From an uncultured Bacilli bacterium (GTDB lineage Bacteria > Bacillota_I > Bacilli_A > RF39 > UBA660): DNA of 64,000 nucleotides. The position numbers and the translations under genes were made by a program. The notes under the pieces were generated by a model. That model ran no database searches, was not told the DNA's origin, and saw nothing but the letters and a program-made list of their open reading frames with translations. This document shows, piece by piece, positions 47,988 to 56,571 of this stretch (positions are counted from its first letter, which is position 1; every line of letters starts with the position of its first letter). The stretch lies in contig CANQON010000002.1 of assembly GCA_947625505.1 (NCBI GenBank), positions 73,984 through 137,983 on the forward strand. Direction: 5' to 3'.

Positions 47988-48008
47988 CATTTTAAATGTT
48001 ATTTTTTT
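47977..48008. terminator. Bidirectional terminator between convergent genes
   Basis: A-run, stem ATAACAT / ATGTTAT, then T-run. Confidence 0.6.
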
Positions 48009-48121
48009 ATTTCAATACTAAAAGGAATACGTTCTTCAGGAGGTACTACTGCATAATATATAGCAATAGCTCCTATACAGGCAATAATAAATAAAAATAT
48101 ATATTTAGCAAACCCTTTCAT
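47999..48121 (-). CDS. Small membrane protein (40 aa), absent from the ORF track
   Basis: The reverse strand reads GGAGGAATT-ATG MKGFAKYIFLFIIACIGAIAIYYAVVPPEERIPFSIEIKK. It has a strong RBS, lies 9 nt downstream of the def stop, and contains one TM helix. Confidence 0.45.
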   Translation of the reverse strand: MKGFAKYIFLFIIACIGAIAIYYAVVPPEERIPFSIEIKK

Positions 48122-48129
48122 AATTCCTC

Positions 48130-48678
48130 CTATATTAATCTTAATTCTTGCTCAGTATAAAATTTCTTATTAGGATCAATGCGATCATAGAAAAGAATAC
48201 CATTTAGATGATCTATTTCATGTTGGAAGGCAATAGATAATTCTTCACGAGCACGAATACGAATTAAATTACCATCCATATCATATCCTTCAACAGTTAC
48301 ACGAGCATTTCTTTTTATATGTCCTTCAACATCACGATTAACACTTAAACATCCTTCTCCTGCTTCAGCAGCAATCATTTCTGATGATGAACTAATAATA
48401 CGTGGATTTATAACTACATAGTTATCAAATTTCTGAGGTTCTACTTCATGAACAATAACGATTATTCTTTCATTAATACCTAGTTGAGGAAAAGCAAGCC
48501 CCATACCAGGTCTTAAGTCATATTTAGTTGCTAACTCATCTATTTGACTATATGTTAGTTCATCAATCATTCTTTGAATTAATTCACGATATTCTTTTTT
48601 TAAAGGTAGTTTAGCGTCTACACTAATTTTACGTAAATGTTTGTCTTTTTCATCAAGGATGTTTAACTTTTTAAACAT
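48130..48678 (-). CDS. def: Peptide deformylase
   Basis: Motifs GLAFPQLG, EGCLS and HEIDHLNG. The track ORF extends to 48726, but ATG 48678 (MFKKLNIL) follows GGAAGTGA. Confidence 0.93.
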   Translation of the reverse strand: MFKKLNILDEKDKHLRKISVDAKLPLKKEYRELIQRMIDELTYSQIDELATKYDLRPGMGLAFPQLGINERIIVIVHEVEPQKFDNYVVINPRIISSSSEMIAAEAGEGCLSVNRDVEGHIKRNARVTVEGYDMDGNLIRIRAREELSIAFQHEIDHLNGILFYDRIDPNKKFYTEQELRLI

Positions 48679-48732
48679 AAAATCACTTCCACGTTTAATT
48701 ATAACAATTTTTTTAAAAATATACAAATATAT

Positions 48733-48760
48733 AAAAAAGAAGATAATAAATTATCTTCTG
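48733..48760 (-). terminator. Rho-independent terminator (minus strand)
   Basis: The reverse strand reads AGAAGATAAT-TT-ATTATCTTCT followed by T6. Overlaps the stop of the YjcZ-like gene. Confidence 0.6.
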
Positions 48761-48924
48761 TTATTTGAACCATCAAAAGCACGTGCTCCTATAACGATTA
48801 CTAATAAAATAAATAATACTAATATAATTGCTGCACCATATCCTACATTATTGTTATATCCTCCGTTATTACATCCTCCAGTAGGATATCCTCCATATCC
48901 TTGATATCCACCATAATAATACAT
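48751..48924 (-). CDS. YjcZ-like tiny Gly/Tyr-rich membrane protein (57 aa), absent from the ORF track
   Basis: The reverse strand reads GGAGGGATTAT-ATG MYYYGGYQGYGGYPTGGCNNGGYNNNVGYGAAIILVLFILLVIVIGARAFDGSNNRR. A G/Y-rich head followed by an ILVLFILLVIV helix matches the sporulation-associated YjcZ family pattern. Confidence 0.6.
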   Translation of the reverse strand: MYYYGGYQGYGGYPTGGCNNGGYNNNVGYGAAIILVLFILLVIVIGARAFDGSNNRR

Positions 48925-49024
48925 ATAATCCCTCCTAACTATTCACTATATCTTATTAATATAAATAGGAAATGTTAATTATAAATAACTAATAGTCTAT
49001 TATTTATTATTAGTTTTTAACAAT

Positions 49025-49053
49025 TTGACAAAAACAATAAAATATGATAGTAT
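49025..49053 (+). promoter_or_regulatory. Sigma-A-type promoter for the riboswitch-controlled transcript
   Basis: TTGACA (49025-49030), 17-nt spacer, TAGTAT (49048-49053). Confidence 0.5.
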
Positions 49054-49061
49054 ATAGCATG

Positions 49062-49187
49062 TTGAAAGGGAGTAGTTCTCATTTTCGAATGATTTTAACT
49101 CGTCAATCGATGATTCGTCATCCGGGTTAAAAGGTATTTAATATTGAACAAGACTTTTACATATTGTGTAGGAGTCTTGTTTTTTTG
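49062..49187 (+). ncRNA. yybP-ykoY-family (Mn2+) riboswitch with intrinsic terminator
   Basis: GAAAGGGAGTAG (49064-49075). Hairpin TCATT-TTCG-AATGA. Then CTCGTCAAT. Hairpin GATGA-TTCG-TCATC. Then CCGGG. Hairpin TAT-TTA-ATA. Then TTGAACAAGACTTTT. The order and conserved blocks parallel the Lactococcus lactis yybP-ykoY aptamer as I recall it. The aptamer's 3' strand overlaps the 5' arm of a 13-bp terminator (ACAAGACTTTTAC / GTAGGAGTCTTGT followed by T6). Confidence 0.7.
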
Positions 49188-49233
49188 TTTTTTAATGATT
49201 CCTCACAATTAATTAACTAAAGGGGGAATATAT

Positions 49234-50346
49234 ATGGAAGATTATGAAAAAGCAAAGTCAATGATAGAAGAAATAATAAAAAACATACCAGAAAGTATTA
49301 AAGGAAAGGATCTTGAATTAGTAGCATATATCTATGTTAAAATTGGACATATGATTAATTATGATCAACAAGCTGCTGATATAATCGATGCTCATTTAGG
49401 GGGATTAGATCGTGAACGAGCATATGATATGGTAGTAGAGCCTGCCAGTGATATTAGATCTTTAGCAAGAAGTAGAGCTCTATGCAAAGGATATGCTGAA
49501 GTATTATGTTATATATTAAATAGATTAGGTATTCAAACTATTGAAGTTAGTTCAGGGGATCATGCATGGAATCAAGTATTGATTAATGGTGTTTGGTATA
49601 ACTGTGATTTAACTAATGATACAGAAGCAACAAGAGGAGAAAAAGATTTTCGTTTCTTTTTAGTTAGTGATGAAGAAATGAAAAGAAAACCTAAAACAGA
49701 GACTCGTACCTGTGAAACTTCATTAGATGACATTAAACGTCGTGAAGTAACTAAAAAGACTATAAAAGTTGTTGAAAGAGAAGAAAACATGCAAACATTT
49801 AGTGAAATTATGGATCAGTTAGAAGGAAAAATTAGTACTGATGATTTACTTGTTGCTTGTAAGGTAGAATATGATGTCCATGTATCTTATACTATTTATG
49901 ATCATTATGAACCTACGGATATGATTGAACATTTAGTTAGAATAGATCCTATAAGAACTTTAATTGTAAAGCATAAAACATTAACAAAGGAAATGTATTT
50001 AGATACTGATACTCTTGAATTTATAGATCCTATAGAATATAGTCAGTCCTTTGATACAGAGGAATGCCATTTTGGGGGACGCATAAATGACCCATATTTA
50101 GAGGCTCGTCTTGAAAAACTAGAAGCAAAAAATATGAATCGACGTGGATATTTTATGACTTTTAGAGAATTTATTAAGATAAAATTAGGTATTGATGTAA
50201 GTGAAGTTACTTTAAGACAAGCTAGTATCTTATTAAAACTTGCTAACATAGTAAGATCAAAAAAATTCACTTTAAGTAAAAGTTCTGTAACAGCTAAAAA
50301 ACAATTAGATGAAAAAGTTTATTTGAAAAAACCTCAAAAAAAATAG
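49234..50346 (+). CDS. Cytoplasmic transglutaminase-like (Cys-His-Asp) domain protein
   Basis: Transglutaminase core RALCKGYAEVLCYILNRLGIQTIEVSSGDHAWNQVLINGVWYNCDLTND. No signal peptide. GGGGGA RBS. Confidence 0.75.
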   Translation: MEDYEKAKSMIEEIIKNIPESIKGKDLELVAYIYVKIGHMINYDQQAADIIDAHLGGLDRERAYDMVVEPASDIRSLARSRALCKGYAEVLCYILNRLGIQTIEVSSGDHAWNQVLINGVWYNCDLTNDTEATRGEKDFRFFLVSDEEMKRKPKTETRTCETSLDDIKRREVTKKTIKVVEREENMQTFSEIMDQLEGKISTDDLLVACKVEYDVHVSYTIYDHYEPTDMIEHLVRIDPIRTLIVKHKTLTKEMYLDTDTLEFIDPIEYSQSFDTEECHFGGRINDPYLEARLEKLEAKNMNRRGYFMTFREFIKIKLGIDVSEVTLRQASILLKLANIVRSKKFTLSKSSVTAKKQLDEKVYLKKPQKK

Positions 50347-50375
50347 AATAATTATTTCTTTATAGTTGATTAAAG

Positions 50376-50406
50376 AAAACTACCATTAAAATTTATGGTA
50401 GTTTTT
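50376..50406 (+). terminator. Rho-independent terminator
   Basis: Stem AAAACTACCAT / ATGGTAGTTTT with loop TAAAATTT. Confidence 0.75.
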
Positions 50407-50516
50407 AATTTATATTTTACATGTCATTTCTTATAACTATAAGTTAAAAATTATTTAAAAATTATAATAATTATGATATATTATTATATGAGAGGATAGT
50501 AAAATGGTGATGAGGT

Positions 50517-51701
50517 TTGAAGAGAATAAGAAAAATACGTGACTTTATTGCTAATATGGATAAACTTACCTTATTACTAACCATTGCTTTATTTGGTTTT
50601 GGACTATTTAGTATTGTAACAGCATCCACACGTGAAGCTGTTAATAATTTAAATCAATCAGTATATTATTATTTTATTAAACAAATAATTATCTTATCGA
50701 TATGTTTTGCAGTATATTTATTTGTTTTAATGATACCAACCGATAAATATAATAAATATTTAGTATTTATAGGCTGGCTCATTGTTTTAGTGCTTAATAT
50801 ATGGGTTGCTTTAAGAGGTAGTGTAACAAGAGGAGCTAGTAACTGGATTAAAATACCTATTATTGGTTTTCAATTACAGCCTAGTGAATTAGCTAAACCT
50901 ATTTTAATAGTATCCATGGCCTTATTTATTGAAAGTACAGCTAAGTTTTTTCGTAATAAAAATGAAAACCATATACCTGGTATTGTCTTAATGTTAGGTT
51001 TTGGTTTAATAACTTCTGTTTTTATTGTTTTACAAAAAGACTTAGGTACTATGATTATTAATGTTGGTATCTTTGGTGTTATGTTTTTAGCTAGTCCTAT
51101 CGTACCTAAAGAAAAATTCTTAACGATTGTAACTTGTTTAGGAATATTATTAGTAGGCTTTGCTGGCACTAAAGCTTTAGGTATTGATATTATAACGGAA
51201 GAACAAAAATCGCGTCTTACTAATTTTATTGATCCTTGTGATGAAAAGAATCGTGTCGATGAAGGATATCAAATATGTAATGCTTATATAGCGATGAATT
51301 TAGGAGGATTAGGAGGAGTAGGAGTAGGAAAGAGTACTCAAAAATATTCTTATATTCCTGAACCTCATACGGATATGATTTTCTCTATTATAACAGAAGA
51401 GGGAGGATTTAAATTTGGTGCTCCAATAATCATTGCTTATATGATTTTAATAACTAATATTTTATTATTATCTAGTCGTGCGACAACAATTAGTAATAAA
51501 TTTATATGTTTAGGGGTTGCTACATACATTTTCTTACACGTATTAATTAATTTAGGAGGATTATTTGGGGTATTACCACTTACGGGAGTTCCTTTACCAT
51601 TTATGTCATATGGTGGTAGTTTTGCCTTAATGTTAACACTTTCTTTAGCAGTTGTTCAAAGAATTCATGTAGAAACCAAACAGTATCGTTTAAAATTTTA
51701 G
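50517..51701 (+). CDS. SEDS-family peptidoglycan polymerase (FtsW/RodA/SpoVE)
   Basis: About 10 TM helices. Motifs QPSELAKP, PEPHTDMIFS and GVPLPFMSYGGS. The start is uncertain (TTG 50517 or ATG 50556). Confidence 0.9.
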   Translation: MKRIRKIRDFIANMDKLTLLLTIALFGFGLFSIVTASTREAVNNLNQSVYYYFIKQIIILSICFAVYLFVLMIPTDKYNKYLVFIGWLIVLVLNIWVALRGSVTRGASNWIKIPIIGFQLQPSELAKPILIVSMALFIESTAKFFRNKNENHIPGIVLMLGFGLITSVFIVLQKDLGTMIINVGIFGVMFLASPIVPKEKFLTIVTCLGILLVGFAGTKALGIDIITEEQKSRLTNFIDPCDEKNRVDEGYQICNAYIAMNLGGLGGVGVGKSTQKYSYIPEPHTDMIFSIITEEGGFKFGAPIIIAYMILITNILLLSSRATTISNKFICLGVATYIFLHVLINLGGLFGVLPLTGVPLPFMSYGGSFALMLTLSLAVVQRIHVETKQYRLKF

Positions 51702-51710
51702 AGGTGAACT

Positions 51711-52481
51711 ATGATAGATGAATATATAGAAAAAACACATCTTGCTATTAACGAAGGAAAGAAAAATTTACTTAAAGGAAAATTAGATAAAGGTACTTAT
51801 TATCGCGTTTTAGAGGAATATTTTAGTAGTATATATCAATATGTTAAAGATCATATTAATGAGATAGATGCTAATACATTCGCACGTATTACTAGTCTTG
51901 AAAATAACGTTGATGATTTCATTGTTCCATTTAAGACACATATGGAAGCACCTAATGAAGTAGATAATAGTGATGATTATTTATTAGAAACGATTGTTTA
52001 CTTTACTAGAAAACAATTAAAAGTTAAAGAATCTGTTGAATTTAGTACAGATAACTTACGTAAGTATGATAGTACTGCTAATACATATGTTAAAGATATG
52101 TGTAAGCGTTTAGGATTATTATGTTATTGCTTTAATATTGCCGATATATTTGATATTCCTAAAAATCATAATATTGCCATTGTTAAAGTAGATGAACGTT
52201 ATTATTTAGTTGATACAACATACCAACAATATTTTATGTTAGGTCAGAACTTTAAAGATCGCTATTTAAAGAGTGAAGAACATGTTGTTACTTGTGAAGT
52301 AGGAGCACGTATCTTAGGTATTAATAAAGAGGGTACTATCGAATTATTAGAAAGAGGATTTATCGATACCCAAGACATTATGTTTGAAGATTATTTTACA
52401 ACGATGTTTGAACAATATAGTAAAGAACCTTTAGTAGGAGAAGAATATTTAGATATAATCTTAAAACATTTTAATAATTAA
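51711..52481 (+). CDS. Hypothetical cytoplasmic protein, possibly a distant Cys-His-Asp (transglutaminase/papain-like) fold
   Basis: In VKDMCKRLGLLCYCFNI...NHNIAIVKVDERYYLVDTTYQQ the order and spacing of Cys, His and Asp resemble the core of 49234..50346. This is a weak match. Confidence 0.45.
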   Translation: MIDEYIEKTHLAINEGKKNLLKGKLDKGTYYRVLEEYFSSIYQYVKDHINEIDANTFARITSLENNVDDFIVPFKTHMEAPNEVDNSDDYLLETIVYFTRKQLKVKESVEFSTDNLRKYDSTANTYVKDMCKRLGLLCYCFNIADIFDIPKNHNIAIVKVDERYYLVDTTYQQYFMLGQNFKDRYLKSEEHVVTCEVGARILGINKEGTIELLERGFIDTQDIMFEDYFTTMFEQYSKEPLVGEEYLDIILKHFNN

Positions 52482-52614
52482 AGTATTTGTTTAACCATAA
52501 AAGACTTGATTATCTATTTAAAATAGTGTATATTATGTATGTACTTGTTCTTGGATGTGAGATACTCCAACTTCATCTAGGAATAAAGCGAATTATAATG
52601 AAAGGAGAATATAT

Positions 52615-52884
52615 ATGGCATTAAGTAAAGAAAAGAAAGCTGAATTAGTAAAAAGATTTGGTAAAGATGAAAATGATACTGGATCTATTGAAGTTCAAAT
52701 TGCTATTTTAACGGAAGAAATTAATTCTTTAATTTCACACTTTGAAACACATCCACAAGATCATCATTCTAAAAGAGGATTACTTCAAAAAGTAGGACAA
52801 AGAAGAAGTTTATTAAACTATTTAATTAAGAATGATGTTACAAGATATCGTGCTATTGTTAAAGAATTAGGTTTAAGAAAATAA
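52615..52884 (+). CDS. rpsO: 30S ribosomal protein S15
   Basis: Motifs [32 protein letters not shown] and RRSLLNYL. Confidence 0.97.
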   Translation: MALSKEKKAELVKRFGKDENDTGSIEVQIAILTEEINSLISHFETHPQDHHSKRGLLQKVGQRRSLLNYLIKNDVTRYRAIVKELGLRK

Positions 52885-52901
52885 AAATTTATGGAAAAAA
52901 C

Positions 52902-52927
52902 AAAGACACTCTTTTTTGAGTGTCTTT
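52902..52927 (+). terminator. rpsO-pnp intergenic hairpin (attenuator/processing hairpin)
   Basis: Stem AAAGACACTC / GAGTGTCTTT with loop TTTTTT. The downstream T-run is weak and the pnp RBS follows immediately. Confidence 0.55.
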
Positions 52928-52942
52928 AATTTAGGAGGAAGT

Positions 52943-55075
52943 ATGAAAAAAGTATATGAATTAGATTTTAGAGGAAGAAAATTAATTGTTGAGCATGGTG
53001 AATTAGCTAAACAAGCTCATGGTGCTGTTTTAGTAAGATATGGAGATACTGTTATCTTAAGTACTGTTGTTGTAAGTAAGACAGCTAATATCCTATCTGA
53101 TTTCTTTCCATTAATGGTATTATATCAAGAAAAATTATATTCTGTTGGTAAAATACCTGGAGGTTTTATTAAAAGGGAAAGTAGACCTACCGAAGCGGCT
53201 ACTTTAGCTGCTCGTATGATTGATCGTCCAATGCGTCCATTATTCCCTGAAAACTTCCGTAATGAGGTTCAAGTAGTAAATACTGTTTTAAGTGTAGATC
53301 CTGATAATTCACCAGAAATGGCTGCTATGTTTGGTTCATCACTAGCTACATGTATTTCTAAAATTCCTTTTGATGGACCTATCGCTGGAGTTAAAGTAGG
53401 ACGTGTTAATGGTGAATTTGTAATCAATCCAACTGCTGAACAAGCTGAGATTTCTGATATTGAACTTACTGTTGCTGGTACTAAAGAAGCTATTAATATG
53501 GTTGAAGCAGGTGCTAAAGAAGTATCAGAAGAAGATATGTTAGAAGCTTTAATGTTTGGTCATGAAGCTATTAAAGAATTAGTAGCTTTTGAAGAGCAAA
53601 TTATTGCAGAAATTGGTGAAGAAAAGATGGAATATGATGTTCTTGAAATCACTGATGAATTAAAAGCCGAAATTAGAGCTTTATGTGCTGATGAATTAGA
53701 TCAAGCATTACGTATTAAAGGTAAATTAGAAAAATATGCTGCTATTGATGCTTGTAAAGAAAAAGTTGTTCAAAAATATGAAGAAGAAAATAGTAATTTA
53801 ACAGAAGAAGAATTAACAGAGTTAATAACTAAAGTTAAATTAGTATTAGAAGAAGTAGAATATGATTTATTTAGATCTATCGTTGTTAAAGAACATATTC
53901 GTGCTGATGGAAGAGAAATGACTGAGATTAGACCATTATCAACGGATATTGATTTACTTCCTAGAACACACGGTTCTGCTTTATTTACAAGAGGCGAAAC
54001 TCAAAGTTTAAGTGTAACTACCTTAGGAGCTTTAGGAGAACATCAAATATTAGATGGCTTAGACTTAGAAACTGAAAAAAGATTTATGTTACATTATAAC
54101 TTCCCTCAATTTAGTGTAGGTGAAACAGGTAGATATGGAGCTCCTGGACGTCGTGAAATAGGTCATGGAGCTTTAGGAGAACGTGCTTTAGCGCAAGTTA
54201 TTCCTGATGAAGATACTTTCCCATATACAATACGTGTTGTAAGTGAAATATTAGAAAGTAATGGATCTTCAAGTCAAGCTAGTATTTGTGCAGGATGTAT
54301 GAGTTTAATGGCTGCTGGTGTACCTATTAAAGCCCCTGTGGCAGGTATAGCTATGGGATTAATTACTTATGGTGATAGTTATCAAATCTTAACTGATATT
54401 CAAGGTATGGAAGATCATTTAGGTGATATGGACTTTAAAGTTGCAGGTACAAGAGATGGTATATGTGCTTTACAAATGGATATTAAGATTAAAGGTATTA
54501 CTAAACAAATATTACAAGAAGCTTTAGCGCAAGCTAAGGTAGCTCGTATGCAAGTATTAGATGTAATGTCAAAACAGATAGCTGAGCCACGTAAAGAGGT
54601 AAGTAAGTATGCTCCTAAGACAGTAACATTTATGATTAATCCAGATAAGATTAAAGATGTTATTGGTAAAGGTGGAGAAACTATTACTAAGATTATCTTA
54701 GAATGTAGTAATGTAAAAGCTGTTAATGATGTTAATGCTGTTAAAGTTGATTTAGAAGATGATGGTAGAGTTATTATCTATCATACAGATCAAGAAATAA
54801 TTGACAAGACAGCTAATATGATTAAAGATATTGTAAGAGAACCAGAAAAAGATAAAATATATACAGCTAAAGTTGTTAAAGTCTTAAGTGATAAAGGATG
54901 CTTTGTCGAGATATGGCCTGGTTGTGAAGGTATGGTACATATTAGTCAGTTAGCACCTGAACACGTTAACAAAGTAGAAGATGTTGTTAAAGAAGGCGAT
55001 GAAATAATCGTTAAATGCTTAGGATTTGATAATAAAGGAAGATTAAATTTCTCAAGAAAAGAAGCTATTAAATAG
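52943..55075 (+). CDS. pnp: Polyribonucleotide nucleotidyltransferase (PNPase)
   Basis: Track ORF is 52916..55075. I prefer ATG 52943, which follows AGGAGGAAGT. Two RNase PH domains, the motif MDFKVAGT, and KH and S1 domains at the C-terminus. Confidence 0.97.
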   Translation: MKKVYELDFRGRKLIVEHGELAKQAHGAVLVRYGDTVILSTVVVSKTANILSDFFPLMVLYQEKLYSVGKIPGGFIKRESRPTEAATLAARMIDRPMRPLFPENFRNEVQVVNTVLSVDPDNSPEMAAMFGSSLATCISKIPFDGPIAGVKVGRVNGEFVINPTAEQAEISDIELTVAGTKEAINMVEAGAKEVSEEDMLEALMFGHEAIKELVAFEEQIIAEIGEEKMEYDVLEITDELKAEIRALCADELDQALRIKGKLEKYAAIDACKEKVVQKYEEENSNLTEEELTELITKVKLVLEEVEYDLFRSIVVKEHIRADGREMTEIRPLSTDIDLLPRTHGSALFTRGETQSLSVTTLGALGEHQILDGLDLETEKRFMLHYNFPQFSVGETGRYGAPGRREIGHGALGERALAQVIPDEDTFPYTIRVVSEILESNGSSSQASICAGCMSLMAAGVPIKAPVAGIAMGLITYGDSYQILTDIQGMEDHLGDMDFKVAGTRDGICALQMDIKIKGITKQILQEALAQAKVARMQVLDVMSKQIAEPRKEVSKYAPKTVTFMINPDKIKDVIGKGGETITKIILECSNVKAVNDVNAVKVDLEDDGRVIIYHTDQEIIDKTANMIKDIVREPEKDKIYTAKVVKVLSDKGCFVEIWPGCEGMVHISQLAPEHVNKVEDVVKEGDEIIVKCLGFDNKGRLNFSRKEAIK

Positions 55076-55120
55076 TCTCTTTTCTTTTTTTATGCTATAA
55101 TGAGGATAGTAGGTGAGTGT

Positions 55121-56563
55121 ATGAATAAGAAGAAGATAATAATTATTATTTCTATTTTTATTGTATGGGTTTTAGCGCTCCTATTAGCTTACATAATAGG
55201 ATCTAAAAACAAAGTATCCGAAACGCCTAAACAAGAGAATAAGACAAATAATACTAATTTAAAAGGTATATCAGCTTATGATACATTTGATGGTAATAGT
55301 TTAAATATTAGAATAATTAATGTAAATGAAGATAATTATTATCTACAAATAGAGGGATTAAAAGATAAACAGGTTGAAGATAAAATCAATAAAGAATTAT
55401 TAAGTATTTATACGGATTTAACTAAACAAGTAAGTAAGAATAAATATTCATCTATTCAAATGAATGTTACATCAAATATAAATGATATTTTATCTATTAC
55501 TTGTGATGTTCTGACGGATGATGATTCAGGTATATATAAATCCTATAATGTTAGTTTAATTAATGGAGAAGAAATATTCTTTGATGATTTATTTAATGAT
55601 AAAACAATTATTAATAGTATGATAACTAATGGATTATATTCTCAAATGTCTTTAACTAATGGAATGGTATGTGCTATAGATGATTGTGATTCAGATATTG
55701 AAAATAGTACCATTGAAGATACTATTTATAGCCTTCTAAAAAATATTGATTATCATGATATAGAATTTAATATATATAGTACCCATATTTATTTCCAAAT
55801 AGGTGAATATTATGGATATGCCTTTATAAGTGATTATGGAAAATATATAGATTATCCTTATAAATATAAATCTTCTAATTATTTATATACTAAAGATTTT
55901 GCTGTTAAGAATGTTAATTATAATATAAGTAATAGCTCTTTAATTTATTTTAATCGTAAATATTTAAATGATAATATCTTTGTTGATGTTGCAGGTTTTG
56001 GTACTTCTTATGTTAATGAAGAAGATGCTTATACTATAAACAATATTTATAAAATTGATGATGTTGTTAAGATGTATGCTACTAATAAAGATAAAAATAA
56101 AATGAATTATTATAATATAAGTGTTGAATTAGAAACTAATGATGATTATAATTTATATGGTACTTATTATACTTGGCAAGAGTGTACGACGACACCTGAT
56201 TATTTTAAAAATAATGTCTATAAAATGATTTATAATGATGAAGAACTTGCTGAATCAAATAGTAATTATTTAGTGTTAGAAGAAGATAAAAATGTAAAAT
56301 GCGTTGATAAAGAGATAAAAGAATTGGATTATGTATACAATAATGATAATAAAAAAATAGAGTATCTTAGTGATTTATTTAAACCTGGATATGATTATTT
56401 ATCAGTTGTAAAAAAATATTTAGAAACAGAGGGTATTGATACAAGTAATATTGATGAAAAAGCTGATTTTCAGATAGATGTATATTCCTTTTATTATTTA
56501 TATAATGGTGATACGATGTCTATTGATTATAATATATTTGATCGCAATGGATTTGCTATGTAG
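55121..56563 (+). CDS. N-terminally membrane-anchored protein of unknown function
   Basis: Track ORF is 55100..56563. I prefer ATG 55121, which follows AGGTGAG. One TM helix, then a Tyr/Asn/Asp-rich domain. Confidence 0.6.
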   Translation: MNKKKIIIIISIFIVWVLALLLAYIIGSKNKVSETPKQENKTNNTNLKGISAYDTFDGNSLNIRIINVNEDNYYLQIEGLKDKQVEDKINKELLSIYTDLTKQVSKNKYSSIQMNVTSNINDILSITCDVLTDDDSGIYKSYNVSLINGEEIFFDDLFNDKTIINSMITNGLYSQMSLTNGMVCAIDDCDSDIENSTIEDTIYSLLKNIDYHDIEFNIYSTHIYFQIGEYYGYAFISDYGKYIDYPYKYKSSNYLYTKDFAVKNVNYNISNSSLIYFNRKYLNDNIFVDVAGFGTSYVNEEDAYTINNIYKIDDVVKMYATNKDKNKMNYYNISVELETNDDYNLYGTYYTWQECTTTPDYFKNNVYKMIYNDEELAESNSNYLVLEEDKNVKCVDKEIKELDYVYNNDNKKIEYLSDLFKPGYDYLSVVKKYLETEGIDTSNIDEKADFQIDVYSFYYLYNGDTMSIDYNIFDRNGFAM

Positions 56564-56571
56564 GAGGATTT

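Noticed and set aside
48641-48904. The + strand 87-aa track ORF ending ...LLYPPLLHPPVGYPPYP.
   Set aside because: It is antisense to the def N-terminus and to the YjcZ-like gene. Its Pro/Tyr-rich tail is the reverse-complement image of the Gly/Tyr-rich codons, and it has no RBS.
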